Positions 14,084 to 29,026 of a DNA stretch of 64,000 bases are shown piece by piece. The notes under the pieces are model-generated. The model saw nothing but the letters and a program-made list of their open reading frames with translations. It was not told the origin of the DNA and did not search any database. Source of the DNA: Octopus bimaculoides (lineage: Eukaryota); NCBI RefSeq assembly GCF_001194135.2, contig NC_068998.1:23930116-23994115 (forward strand), given 5' to 3'. A program made the position numbers and the translations under genes. Each line of letters starts with the position of its first letter. The first letter of the stretch is position 1.

Positions 14084-15964
14084 TAATGGAGAAATAAGAA
14101 AGAGAAAGGAGAAAAGGGGTAGAAGAAAGAAATAGATAAAGAGGGATTAGTCAAAAGGAAAAGAAAAGGATGGAAAATGGAGATTCATTGGGGCAGGCCA
14201 ATACCTGGCATTTGAAGAGGTTGAAGGAGTGGAATTTTAAGAATGAGTAAACACAAGTGGAAGGTTGAAACAGTGGTCCCACACATGCTCAAGAATGCCT
14301 ACATGCATGTATACATTGTCATGGGAAGAAATATGAGCTGTCAGAAATGCACACTCGTACATACTTAAAGGTACATACAAATGTCCTATAGGTGGGTAAA
14401 GAGCATGAAGCATACAACACCACTGTATTGAGTTTATATTCATTTCTTTATAAGTTATATGCATTTATGCCATGGCCATTTTCTTTATCTTTTTCTTCCT
14501 TACATATAAAATTAAATCTAAGCCAGAAAAAAAATCTGAAATTGATTAAATTCTGTAAAGATGGTGCCCAGGCATTGCCATATTCCAATGATTTATGCTA
14601 GTAACAAAATAAATGCATATTAAATGTGAATAACTCTTTTATTCTTTTAGTGTTTGCTGTCACTGAATTATGGTTATTCTCAAGTACCGGTTCAAAGGTT
14701 TTAACATCAATATTCAATACTTTGCCCAGTACTTATTTTATTGATCTCATAAAGATGAAGAGGAAAGCTTAAAGGGTTTTAACCAGCATACAAAGGGTTA
14801 TAACAAAATGCCATATAGTATTTATATTTAAAGTTACATAAAATCCACTACACATAGGAAGTTATACACAAAACACACACATGCATGTGCACACACACAC
14901 ACACACACATATTTCAGTTACAAGATTTTTCTTCCTTAAAATTATCAGCAAATGGATGGCTTGCAATATTCGGACACAATTGTAAAATAAAGAGGTATTT
15001 TTTGTACAAAACATGCTTATATACATATTGAAGAAATCAAGAATGCTGCAATTATCCATCAAAATGTCTTAAACTAATATCAAGTTCCTCTATTCTATGC
15101 AGTCATTAAATAAGATTAATACTTAATCATTCCTTTTCTATCTGAAGACTTATCAAATTTCAGAACAATTCTTTTTACAAATCAGATAAAATTTCTTACT
15201 GAATTATTTCAAATTATTTAGGATAGATTTTTTTATATTTTTCTATCAGCTTTTCATTTGGCCCTACACTTAATATCAGTAAATTCTAAGAATGATAAAT
15301 GAGGTTTTTTCATTGTCATAGCAACACAGTTTATTTCAGAAAAAATTATTTCAAATGCTAGACTTGAACTCTTGTGTCATTGCATAAGGAAACATCATAT
15401 TCAACCAGATTATCAGTATATTTCAGATAATAATGTCTGATGCTCTGATACTTATTGTCTAGTTCTTAAATAAACAAAATTTGTACTTCTGTGTGCAACA
15501 TAAATTATTGAATGAAAGACCTATTAGATCAGAGTTGCTGGAAGTTTATCTAGTAAAATGATCAGTTTGTCCAATAGAAATTTTCCTGCACATACTACCA
15601 TAGACACTTGATTACAAAGTAACATAATGGAAACTGTTACTAGTGAAGCAGAGAGTAGATGTAAACATTTATATAAATAACACTACTGTGTATTCAGCAC
15701 TATGTGAACATTCCTTATATTCTGGAATTTCTGTTCTGAATTAATTTACCCATATTCTATATATCATTATTATTGTAATATCTGTATTCTCTGCTCATAT
15801 ATTTATACCTTATTTGTTCAGATTAAGCACTTACAGTTATGTTAAACTTTTTGTTGGTGAAAATTATTGAATCTTACATGCAGGTATGAAAACCATTATT
15901 CTATTATTTTGGTGTAGCATGCCATGGCCAATTGTATTAAGGATGGAGTATAGGTGATGGGTTA

Positions 15965-16005
<41 letters not shown>

Positions 16006-18499
16006 TGTTCATCATCCCAGGGAAATGAAAGAAAAAGTCCTCCATAACAGAATTTTGTAAACCCCATTCTCATATACCTGCTAAAATACTTACACATAGT
16101 ATTTTATTTTACCTCCATTATTCCATTCTAGAGAGGACTAAATATAATATCCCCTCATGAGAAATACTGTAGCCTTTGATTATAGTCTCATTCAATTCCT
16201 ATGAATATACCTTGAGATAACTGTATGAAGTCAGCAGAATTGTACATGGCATACAAGAATGTAATCCAATGGTGTGTCTTTTAATCTGAAATGACAAGAA
16301 CATGGAATTAAATATCTTGTAGTATTCAATTTTATCTTGTTATTTCATCAATTCCAGCTCTACTGATATGTCTAATTTTCTACTTGACCAAGGAAACACT
16401 AGTTATAATTTGAGGTAATTTCAATCATTTATGTTCCGAACTTCACTAAATTCAATGATGACCTTTAATGACCAATATTCAAGTTGATTGTTAAAGGTCA
16501 ATGTTGAATTCAGTAGTGAATTCTTATTTAAATTTTTTAGATCAGACATAAAGTTTATATCTCTGAACAAAACACTACTCAGAGCAGCAATGAATATGTC
16601 AAGGAAAACCTATTTAACCTGCAAGAAGATATGAATATTCCAACAGAAGTAAAGAATTAATTTATGAAGTGTTATTATGGAAACCAGTACAAAGAAATAA
16701 ATAGGTACGAGACCCTGTATTAATGTACATTGTTGTACTATGAGTATGTCACTCTCATCAGTTGTTAACTTCTACAAGCTGCAATGGCAGGCAGGGATCA
16801 GTAGAAAGTCATTGTCAATGAAGTCTGATCAAGATTGATCTTAAGATGATTAAGATGAGCCAACCACCTTTGCATATAGAAGAATATTTTTTTTTATGTT
16901 CTAAAACAGTTTTGGTCCCATTTTTTAAACTTTAAGTGCTGAAAATAGCCCATGTTGCCATTGAGAAAATATGAAAACAGAAGAAATATCTGAAAGTAGA
17001 ATTGTTTCAATGGATGAAAAAGTTATGCAGACTTAGGTTATTTTACCAAGCAAGATCAGCATGTCACAAAAATGGTGCAGTACTATGAGATTATTCAAAA
17101 GGCAATATGGAAATGAAGGTATTATACAAATAGTATGTTTGTGAATAATTTTAATTATCTTCAGTCACATGAATTTGTTTTGTTTTTGTTTTGTTATCAT
17201 TGTGTTGCATGCCAATTCTCCTTGGTAGTGTTTTAGAGACAACAAGAAATAATTCATGTTTGAAATGGTGTTCTGATTTGTTCAGTAAGAATATAGCGAC
17301 CAGTATGGTGAGGGCAATGTAGGAAGAGAATTAAAGTTTACAACTGACAATAGAGATTGCATTTTAGTCATGTTAGAAAGATCAAAGAACCAAAATAGTA
17401 ATTATCAAATAGAAAACAATCAATTGATTTCTACACAAACTAAATATAAATACATTTTCAGATCACTGGCTAGATCTCAGTGCTGTTGTTCAAAGAGAGT
17501 TGTATTGTGGGAACAAATGAAAATCATTGATAAAGATTTGAAAGACAATTGCTTGTACTACAGTTCAATAATTAGAGATCAAAAAGTGAATAGGATGAGT
17601 TATTTTCAACTTCACAAATCGCCATTAAACTATTTCAAAGAACTACCAGAGAGATTTAACCTTAGTTATTATGACAGGAAACAACACTCTGTTGAATGTC
17701 AGACTAAAGTGATATTTATTCCAATTTGGTTTTCTTTTTGTTTTTGTTATTTGTTTTGTCTTGTTTTTTTTGTTTTTTTCAAAATAGTGATTGGAAAACT
17801 GAAATGCTTGTGTCAATTGATGTACTGGAGAAATTAACATGAGCTACCATGGACTGACAAATTGACATGGAAAAATTTACTAAGAAAGATGTCTGCATGA
17901 AGGATTTACAGTTTAGCAAAGGCTAACTCATAGTAGTATATTTAGTATATGTTAGAATATTTGTTATCACATCACCCAAAGTATATTTTCTCCCATTTAA
18001 CCTCAAAATCCTTTCTGCCTTTTATGCAACATGCGAACTATTACATCTGCAAAATGATTAATATCATATATGTAGATAGAGCAAATTCTCTCATGATTTA
18101 AGGGAAATGAGATATGATTTTAAGGAATTCTATTTTTCTTCATAATGGAGCTTTTAACACTTTAATTCTTCTTTCTCTCTCTCATTCACTCTGTCTTTTG
18201 TCTCTCTGCCATAATAACTCAGGGAGACATGTTTTAATTGTGGAAGGATAAAATAAAGGATCTTCAGTCATTAAAATTTTACTGCTTAATGAGTAATGAG
18301 AGACACTGTTTGGGGGAAGAGAATGGGATGGATTATCAAAGGCAACTGTTGAAGAGAGATGAAATAATGAGTGACACTTGAACTGGCATAGTCATGTATT
18401 GAAATGCTTGAAATGTGAGGTGACTAAACAGGATTTGTGTTGTTGCTGATGTGTGAGTTAGGGAAGTCACACATGCCAGAGGTAGATTGATTTTCTATC

Positions 18500-18850
18500 A
18501 TTCAAATAAATCATCTGAGAGGTTCATGCCCTTCTAGTGCAGAATCTATCATTTTAATTGAAGTCAAGGTCACAAAGATCACACCACCCTCCATAATAGC
18601 AATAAAATATTGAATTCTCCCTTCTATGCACACTGAATAATCTTTGGTGTTTGTTAAAATTTTTATGCCTTTTGATACTGACAAATAGCTTATTTTTTTA
18701 TCATGTTCACATTCAGTTATTTGCCTGAAGACTATTCTTCCAGTGTTCAAGCTTCTTTCACAAATGTTTTATTGATTCTTCCATGAGAACAAAGTTTTCA
18801 GTCGTTTTCCACATATGACCCCAAGAACTAAAACAAAATATTCATAATAT
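18500..18850 (-). mobile_element. Very decayed RTE-like RT fragment
   Basis: TTENFVLMEESIKHL*KKLEHWKNSLQAN loosely resembles the RTE segment after YADD; weak. Confidence 0.3.
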
Positions 18851-20221
18851 TAAGATGATAATTGAACATTGGTGCATTAATGGTGTCATAACAGATAGTT
18901 ATTCTCAAAATAGTATTAAGTATTCTATTCCAACAAGGATGAAAGTTAAAGATGGCACCATTACAACTAGTCACAGCAAATCATTGTACCAAATGCTTTA
19001 CTAATTCTTCAAATTTACTACCATTTTTCTTTAAGTAATTTAATAAATACAGGCCAAATAGCATGCACCACATCAACAAAACCAAAAATGCATGCTCTAA
19101 AAGTAGCATTCAGCCTTACAGATCAAGTGGTATATATAACACTTATAAAATTCTTGTATAATTCACTTAAATCAGATTACATCACCACAAATTTACCTGT
19201 TCTCATGTGCTCATTAGATAATATATTTTTTCTTTAAAATATTAAATGCAAAACTAATACAAAAAATGTTGATTTAAGACAATTTAATGCATAATGTTCA
19301 ACACTGATTGGATAATATTGGTCTGTTGTATTTTTTGTTCAGATGAACTAAAAAATAATTATTTGATGGTTTCTTCTCATTATATTAGATGATAATTAAT
19401 TACCAAGTTCAGCACTGCAGCAAACATGCCAAAATGAGCAACCATAATACTATTATAGTTAAATAATGGTGATGGTATTGTTGATAGGGTTAGCTTGAGG
19501 CGATTGATGGTTACTGCAGCCTAACAATGCCTCTCTTAATATGAATTGTATTTCATACAGAAATTTTAGTTGGAAAGAATTCTGGTATCAAACAAGATGA
19601 AAACTGTTACAGCAATAAACATGTTGCTCTTTATATTAGAAAAAGATAATGAATTGGATTCCGTAGTAAAATATTTTTCTGATATAGTATAATCTATGAA
19701 TAACAAGTCAAAGAATTGCATTTACATTATTACAATCTTAGCTGTTGCTGTATTTTGTTCAGGTCAACCCGGATTGAATGGGTCCATGGTGAAAGGTATT
19801 TCAGATTTAGCTAATATATGTTTTCTCTTTTAAGGTTGCAAGGTAGGTGTGATTTGAAGGAAATTATATTTTAAAATCTATGATGGTTTAACATCAGTGA
19901 TAAAAAGTATGCGATTGTATCAATGATAGGGAAGCAGTAAACTAATATCAAAATTCAAACCTAATTTTGTGCTACAAAGATTTTGCTAAAAAGGCACTTT
20001 TTGTTTGAATAGACTCTAATACAAATACATTTACTTATAACCAAGTATTAAACATATTTTATTAAGGAAATGGATGAGATGGAAAAGAATCACAAAAGAT
20101 GCTACTTTATTATATCTACTTTGAGATTTCACTGAACCAGTTTCAAATCAAACTGAGGAGCATTCTGCTTTTCATTTCTCAATAGTTGGGGAAATGCATA
20201 TCATTAATTACACCTTTGTTT

Positions 20222-20450
20222 AAGGTGGTAAGCTGGCAGAATCATAAGCATGCTATGCAAAATGCATAGCAGCATTTCATCTGTCTTTACATTCTGAGTT
20301 CAAATTCTGCCGAGATTGACTTTGCCATTCATCCTTTCGGGGTCTATGAAATAAGTACCAGTTGAGCACTGGGGTCAGTGTAATCAACTTACACGTTCAC
20401 CCAAACTCACTGGCCTTGTACCAAAATTTGAAACCAATTATGACACCTTT
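20222..20450 (+). mobile_element. tRNA-derived SINE, family 2
   Basis: B-box-like ctgagttcaaattctgccgag, gactttgcc-ttcatcctttcggggt, aataagtaccagttgagcactgggg, tail ggccttgtaccaaaatttgaaacc; homologous to copies at 25380, 42830 and 48490-49290. Confidence 0.85.
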
Positions 20451-21334
20451 GTGAAAACTTGCATCTCTTGTTATGATTTTTTCTCTTTCTTTTCATGCTT
20501 TTCCTCATCAATGATTTAATTGTATTCATTCTAACAACTATAATTTTGTCTACAAAACACACCATATGAAATGAAATCAGTTTTACAAACATGTGTTACA
20601 ACAAAAGATAAGCTTCCTTTGAAATGAGATTGTTACTGTGTAGTCCCAGTTCTACATTTATCTGCACTTATAATCAGTTTTCTTAAGTCTAATTATCTTA
20701 CTTATGATAATGTAGTTATTGATATTGCATTTATGTTTTTCAAATTTGTCTGGATTATGTAGGACAGTGTTCTTGGAAGTTTGCGGAAATTGTAGCTGTT
20801 CAACTCCAGGTCAGCCTTGATTGATCTAATGTATGATCACAGTCATTCCAGCATTGTGTATCATGTGTTTTTGTATACCTAGGGCTACATTTTTCAATGT
20901 GCTCTCTTTGTGATAAATTGTCATTTGAGAAGAAATGTAGTTGCTATTTCTAGCAGGTTGAAGAACTACATAGATGATCCTTCAGAAGTATTCTGAATGT
21001 GAGTGTTTGGATATATAGACTCAGGCAATATGAAGGCTAGTATTTGGTACAACAATAAACTGCCTTTCATATGTCAAGATGGTCTATCACTTTTAGTATT
21101 TAGAATTTGTTATCTAAAAGCTATTAGTGAAATAAATGCAGTTATCATTGCTGTTTATTGCCAAATTTAATGAGAAATTAGAGACCCATTCTGGACAGAT
21201 AGAAATCATGGTGGATCCAGTGTATTTTATGTACAATACTCACATTCAGTCTTCTTGCTGTCCTGACTAAGTTGTAATTTCTTGCTTGTGTTTTGTCTTC
21301 TAAATTTGTTATAATTATTTTCTTTTATGTACAG

Positions 21335-21508
21335 ACTGTAGTGGAAGGAGTAGAGTCTGTACATAAAAGAAAATATTGTCCCTCCAAGACTGTTGAGATT
21401 AAGGTCATTAATGCTTCTTGTGAACCACTGCAACTGAACACCTACATAAAAGACATGAGCTCAGAGGAAATTCCAGAGCACCAATGTTCCGTGAAGGAAA
21501 ACCTAAAT
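21335..21508 (+). CDS. Candidate internal coding exon of unidentified gene
   Basis: Strong pyrimidine tract plus tacag acceptor, GTAATG donor, 58 open codons (TVVEGVESVHKRKYCPSKTVEIK...), many GNN codons; no homolog recognised. Confidence 0.25.
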
Positions 21509-21857
21509 GTAATGCTTAGTGCAGGAAATGGGTGTGGGTACAGCATGGAAGGGGGTGAACTATGGGGGCTAGAAATGTTAGAGTTAAAATAACACAAGGC
21601 CAGGCCAAAGCTTTAATAGAATCAATAAAGGTAGAAAAAGATGACAGCCATTTGAGGGCCACAGTCTGCAGGGCTGTCTGAGAGTGAATTCACACCAATC
21701 AACCAGGTTTCCCTTATCTGGATGTGATCAAGGATGTTTATGTATGTTATGACAGCACTCTCCTTGATGCAGGACAGTATTGCTCTAACATATACATACT
21801 TTATTGTGGTGGTTTTCTATTTAACCTCTAGTATTTTTGTCATTTTGTGCATACACT

Positions 21858-22263
21858 TTTACTCTTTTGCATGTTTCAATCATTTGACTGTGGCCATGCT
21901 GGAGCACCACCTTTAGTCAAGCAAATCAACCCCAGATCTTATTTTTTGTAAGCCTAGTACTTATTCTATTGGTCACTTTTACTGAACCACTAAGTTATGG
22001 GGGTGTAAACACACCAGCATCAGTTGTCAAGCAATGTTAGGAGGGGACAAACAGACACACAAACACATACACACACATACATTTACATATATATACATAT
22101 ACAACGGGCTTCTTGCACTTTCCATATAGAAAATCCACTCACAAGGTTTTGGTCAGCCCAAAGCTACAGTAGAAGACACTTGCCCTAGGTAACACATAGT
22201 AGGACTGAACCCAGGATCATGTGGTTGGTAAGCAAGCTACTCACCACACAGGCACTCCTATGC
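21858..22263 (-). mobile_element. tRNA-derived SINE family 1
   Basis: Reverse-complement match to 4262-4686 over the full length. Confidence 0.9.
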
Positions 22264-23370
22264 TTATATTTCCCTTTAGATCTAAGTCAACTCTGACCAA
22301 GCAAACTTATGAACAGTGTGATAATAGCAGTTACCATTATATCTTTGATTGAGACAGCCTGAACATTGCATTCTCTGAAATATCCAGTTTTCATTGAAGC
22401 CTGTACATTAAATTTGAGGAAGATTTAGTTATTCTTTCTAGAAAGTTGGTGATAGATAAGATTATTTCTTGTGGTTGTTGAAACTATGAGATGTTTATGT
22501 GAAAGGTAGTGCATTTTTGTGAGTAATATGATGCTTGAATTAAAAAATCTGAATCTTTCTTGTGAGTTTAGGAGTGAAATAAGTAAGAGTTGTCCATCAG
22601 GTCACACTATACTATCAGAAAAATAGGGAAAAACACATTCGGTTACATGATTCTAGATATGCTATGACAAAATGAAAGATGCAATTTCCAGAGCAAGAAT
22701 TTCTTTTATAAAAGATCTGCTTGTTTGGAGCTGACCTTGGGCTATGCAACAAGAATAACTCTGTTTATAGAACAGGTAAGAGAATGAATATCATCTTTCA
22801 AATTACTATGAAATAACAACCATTTTCCTTCAAGGTATATCCTAGCAGTTTCAAAATGGATGAATACTTTGGCAAGTGTAGTCCTAGATATATTATATTT
22901 GAAGCATTGACAGAATAGTTACTGCTGGAAAACCCTGTACAATGTCCGCTAGATTAGGTCTGGCTTGTGGCTAGGCAAGAGAAGAAATATTTTGATTGCT
23001 TTTATGGATTTAGAAAACAAGACTGCAAATGTGAGACATCAGCTATTTCCATGTACAATTTGAACAAATCTAATATAAAGGCATTGTCAAGACAATAATT
23101 GACAACTTTTTCTATTCTATTCTAATTTAATGGAGAAAAACAAAATTAGTAACAGAAATTTTTTTACACCTTTAAAGGTGTCTTCATTTTTTCCTAAATT
23201 CAATATTTTGATATGATGATTGCTAAATCTTAATCTAAAATATCAAAAAATTTTCAATCAATGATAAGCTACAGTGAAAGCTAAACATTTTTTTTTAATT
23301 ATCGCTACAATTTTTTTTTTCTATTTTAGCACCAAATGAAATTTTCATGATATTGTATTAAAGAATTTAT

Positions 23371-23515
<145 letters not shown>

Positions 23516-23640
23516 ATTATTTTTGGTTTGGCTCAGGTTTGGTCTTATTCCTGGTAGGATTTATGAGGGTAGCAGGTTACTATCTGTAACCTTAGGCATC
23601 CACAAGTTTTTGACAGTCTTTCAAGTGCTTAGAATGTTAT
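23516..23640 (-). mobile_element. Probable short 3'-terminal piece of an R4/Dong-type LINE, with the (TAA)n above as its tail
   Basis: Minus strand attctaagcacttgaaagactgtc...gcctaaggttacagatagtaacctg runs into (AAT)n and has a short ATT run on the other side; family resemblance is from recall only. Confidence 0.35.
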
Positions 23641-23669
23641 ATTATTATTATTGTTTTAAGATGTTTTGG

Positions 23670-25030
23670 TAACAGTCTACTGCAACTGGCAGCAAAACGG
23701 GAGTATCCCCATTTTTGTGAGCCGAAGAGCAGTAACATTGCTATAGGAAGACCCAAACAAGGGGAATGTTATAGATAATTTCCTGCCCATCACTCTGCTG
23801 AATGCAGATTTGAAAATTTTGGCCAAGGTGCTAGCCAAGAGGTTGGTGCTTGTTATCAAGAAACTGGTTGACAATGAGCAAATATGCACAGTGCCAGGCA
23901 GAAGTTTTCGTGACAACTTCCACCTCATGAGCTACATCATAGACATGGTAGTTAAGGAACCTAGTATGGGTGGGGCTCTGATCAGTTTGGATCAATCAAA
24001 GGCTTTTGATTGGGTCGACCATTGATACTTGGTGGCTGTCCTTGGGGTGGATTGTTTTGGTCTAGTCTTCTGCAGTTGAATCACTGCTTTATACAGCAGC
24101 ATCCGCTTGGTAGTTCAGATAAATGGTCATCTATCTAGACCATTTAACAGCACGTGTTCAGTCCGTCAAGGATGCCCTCTCTTGTCACTTCTGTATGTAT
24201 TGGCTCAAGAGCCACTGCTGTGGAAGCTGGCAGCACTGAGGGGCACCCTATGAGAACTAGGATGTGAGAGGAGCATGTCTGCATATTTGGATGATGTCAA
24301 CATTATAGTGGCAAGCCACAGGCATATTGACCTTGTCGGCGAGACACTAAAAGAATACGAATCGGTAACAGAAGCAAAAATTAATCCGGAAAAGTTAGTG
24401 GGCTTGTGGCTCAGCACTTGGAGGAACAAGCCTATGCTGTGTAACAGCGTCTCTATCATGGGACAGACCTTCAAATGGAGAAGAACTGGAATGAGATAAT
24501 GAGCGAGGTGGTCAGTCTCACCCAGTTATGGGCCGAGAGGAAGCTATCTCTAAAATGTCGGGCTCAAAGGTGAACGCGTACATTACATCGTTCAACTACT
24601 ACCGTATGACCGTCGTGCCTTGTCCCGACCCTACCATCATGAAACTGGAACCCATACTCTTCTGCTTTTTGTGGAAGGAAAGCGTTCTGGTGGTTAGGCG
24701 ATCCATTTGCTGTCAACACCTGCTAAATGGAGGACTGTGTATGCCATGGTTGCTGATACGTAAATATGTGCTGAGACAGTGACATCTCCAGTGTTTCATA
24801 GACGACATTGAAAAGGTGTGATCGCTGTTTTTGAGACTGCACTTTTCCGCAGCTGGTCTCATTGACCAAACTCCAATCATGAGTCAAGCAAGGACTGAAG
24901 CTGGGTGAATGGCACCGCAAGTGTCGCCATGCTCTCGAGCAGCTTTGCCATCCGGGTTCAAACTTGTGTGATTTCAATTCCACCAAAGCATTCTATAGAG
25001 GATTATTGGAGGAGAGATACAACGACATTC
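23670..25030 (+). mobile_element. Tx1/L1-clade LINE reverse transcriptase fragment, pseudogenised
   Basis: PITLLNADLKILAKVLAKRL, SLDQSKAFDWVDH, SVRQGCPL, AYLDD, EAKINPEK, CQHLLNGGLCMP; stops and frameshifts; truncated at both ends. Confidence 0.92.
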
Positions 25031-25213
25031 TTTTCCTCATCATTGAATGTTTGATTCCATCACCTTCAAATACCCTCAGGTATTTATAGCCTTCCACTAG
25101 TTCTAAATCCTTTATGACATTCTGCTGGTCAAGGTTTACGATGGATGTTTCTGTCATTTTTCCTTTGATAAATGTAACTTTTGCACATTTATCAAACCCA
25201 AATTTCATCTTGA

Positions 25214-25215
<2 letters not shown>
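25031..25215 (-). mobile_element. R4/Dong-type RT fragment
   Basis: IKMKFGFDKCAKVTFIKGKMTETSIVNLDQQNVIKDLELVEGYKYLRVFEGDGIKHSMMRKR; its 5' end abuts (AAT)n. Confidence 0.85.
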
Positions 25216-25279
<64 letters not shown>

Positions 25280-25625
25280 CATTCTGTGGTCTTATTTTTA
25301 TCACATGCTTTCACTTCACTACTAAGTGAATTATTATTATTATTATTATCATTATTATTATTATTATTATTATTATTTAGGTGTTGAGCTAGCTGAATCC
25401 TTAGCATGCTGGGTAAAAGGCTTAGAAGCATTTCGTCCATCTTTGTGTTGAGTTCAAATTTCACCAAGGCTAACTTTGCCTTTCGTCTTTCTGGAGTTGA
25501 TTAAATTGATTTACCCCTCTTCTGAAATTGTTGGCCTTGTGCCAAAATTTTAAACCATTATTGTTTATTTTATCATTATCATCATCATCATCAGAATCAT
25601 CATTATTATTATTATTATCATGATA

Positions 25626-25688
<63 letters not shown>

Positions 25689-25720
25689 GTTTATTATTAT
25701 TATTATCATCAACATCACCA
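25216..25720. repeat. Cluster of (ATT)n/(ATC)n tracts interrupted by short insertions
   Basis: Tracts at ~25216-25280, 25330-25378 and 25570-25720. Confidence 0.95.
25380..25560 (+). mobile_element. tRNA-derived SINE family 2 (internally deleted), inserted in (ATT)n
   Basis: gagttcaaatttcaccaaggctaactttgccttt and tail ggccttgtgccaaaattttaaacc match 20222. Confidence 0.8.
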
Positions 25721-26007
25721 TCATAAGTACTATGGAAATTCTGGTACATTTATTCAATGAAAAGAAACACATTTATTTGTTGGAATATATAATAAATAAT
25801 CTTCATAACAGACTAAGAAAACAATAACATTAGAGAGTCTTCTAATCACAGAACATATTGGAAGTAAAACATTGAATATTTTTTTATTACATTATAGTAT
25901 AGACACAGTTAAAATGACAAAACCTATTTCCAGGCACCACTGGACAAACAGTCAAGCAGGGTACTTAAACATAATATACAGAGAATACAACCACACACAC
26001 ACAGGCA

Positions 26008-26045
<38 letters not shown>

Positions 26046-27411
26046 ACACACACACACATTACTATTTGGAGTTATGAAGACTTTGGTGCAAGTGAGAAAT
26101 ATTCACCATTTCCACTACCCAATTAAACAAACGGTATTATTGCTTTCTTCAACAATCAATTTAACATATTAATGTATTGCTAAAGCAATGACAACTTTTT
26201 TCTGTTCTGTCTCAATTTAAAAGAGGAAAACAAACCCAGTGACTGAGAAAATAATACTACACCTTCAAAAGATTTTTTATTGATCTAGGGTCTTTTTCAC
26301 ATATGGCTGACAAACAAATTTTTCATCTAGGAAAGGTAGAGACTGAGACAGTTTTTATGTGCAAGACTATCTGATTCCAATGTAAATCTCTCCTTTTGCA
26401 TATACACATGATGCACAAAGCAATGATAGGGCTAATGCAGCTTGCTCAAGAGGAAAAATGAAGTTATCCTTGTTGTGTGACATGCCAGGACCAATATAAC
26501 TCTTCCACACCAGACATCCCAATTGAGCAATGAGGATAAATGTCAACCCTAGGTGTTAGTCGCACTCTGTCTTTCTCTAGAAGAAATATCTCTCTGGAAT
26601 AAATATCTCATCTGTGCATGCCATTACTACAGATGACAGCTGTAATTTGCTAACTGAACTAGTTGATACTGACCCTTGAGTATCTGCTGTTTGTTCATCC
26701 ACTCAGCATATAGAGATAGTCATCATAGACTCAATACGTTCATCTGCTGAAATAATTTACACTCACCATACAACTTTCTATGATATCTACATACCTTGGT
26801 TTGGGTGCTTCCCCGATATTTAACTCATAGCTGGCATCCTGAGAGGTGCTACATCTCTTGGTCAGACTAGACCTGGGAACAACAGTGGCTAAGAAGTAGT
26901 TCTCTGCCTCAAAACACTAGAACATTTAAACCAGGGACCCCCACCTAACCATCACAACTCAAAGAGCTTAAACAAATAGTGCAACACAGCACTCTAACGG
27001 TTCTACCAAATTGATGCAAAAGTGGAGAGAAAAATCAAAAGGGAAAAGTTGAAAATCATTCATTCTTTAGAAGTTTTTTATGAAATGGGGCATAGGGGAG
27101 TCAAGGATGTTCATATGAGGGTGGGCTGAAAAGTTCATAGGCTATAATATCCAACAGTCTCTATATTTTAAGTTTTGATTCTCTAGTTACCTTTCACATA
27201 CATAATAATCTTCATAAGTCTGTAATACTTCTAGCCCTACTTATTTCCATGAATGAATGATTTTTAGAATGTATAAATCTTGATATGTGATAAAGAAAAT
27301 TTTAGAGTACAATAAGACGAATTAACATCACCTGCAACAATTAAAATTTTGTAATTATAGTGAAATGTGTATAACCAACAGGAACAAGCAATTTACAATC
27401 TTTTTTTTTTC

Positions 27412-27890
<479 letters not shown>

Positions 27891-29026
27891 ATCTTCATCA
27901 GATATTCAAAATTCCTTACGAATTTAAGGCCTCTTTTAGACATATTTGCTTATATAAATGTATATAGTTCTTTATAACTGAATAATCTCATGTAACTAGT
28001 CACGAGATTTTCATTTTGATTCATTATCTATCATTTAATTTTATTACCTTGTACAGATAAGCTCTGTAGCATATTTGATGTAAGCAAGAGTACAATTTTC
28101 TGAATGTGAACCTCCTGCAACAAATACATTTTAAAATTTTGCTGAAACATAAATGACCAGAGTGAGTTTAAACAACTGACTGCACACTATGCAACCTCAC
28201 AATTTTTCATCAAATCTCAATTCAGTTCCAAAGGTCATCCAGTACGTATATGTCAATAACCTGCCCAACATTCACACCTTGACAGATATTAAAAACTGAA
28301 TGGTTTCTCTTTTTCCCTTTCTTTGCTTTACTTTCTCTTTCTACACACGTGCCTATATAGTCTGAACAATGGCTCACCTATACAATATTTTGAATCTAAT
28401 CTGATGAGTAGAAAGATGAAATTTAAATAACCAAATGTGAGGTGGTAGATGACATAGCCATAAATAATACTTACTCCTTGGGATTGAATACTATATTGAA
28501 TGTTTGAATGTTGTACAGGAACTTTTGTATGGCTTATATATATATTATAGTTTGTATTCAGATTAACAGACCACTGATCTGAGTGACAGACAACTCCTAC
28601 AGCAGATACAATAAATCAGTGAAGGTGAGCCTATAACAGGAATCAGCAGAAAATTGCAGCAGATTTTTACTTGACATGCATAGTCAAATACTGTGTTATT
28701 AAAAGCTCGCAAATTTGATGAAAGAAGTTTCCAAAGCTTAAAACATTAATGTTTAAAAATTGCATTTTGTAATGTTTGTTGAAATAGCACATTTTATAGC
28801 AAAACTTGTTGTCACCTTATGAATTAATGAAATGGCAATGCATCATTGATTGCTTACAGAGGTTAACACGGCTTATTTCAGTTGCATGATTTTAGCTTTC
28901 TTTCAGTTCACACATCCTTATTTTCTGATATCATTGCTAAGATATAAATATATACATACTCACATACATACAAACATACATACATGCATACATAAATACA
29001 TACATTCATACATACATACATGCATA

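Noticed and set aside
16725-16770. Minus-strand CUGAUGA-GAGU-gacau-ACUC hammerhead-like start
   Set aside because: GAAA is replaced by AUAG and no stem I partner exists. Similar near-misses at ~2505, ~28402, ~50250 and ~56187 were rejected for the same reasons.
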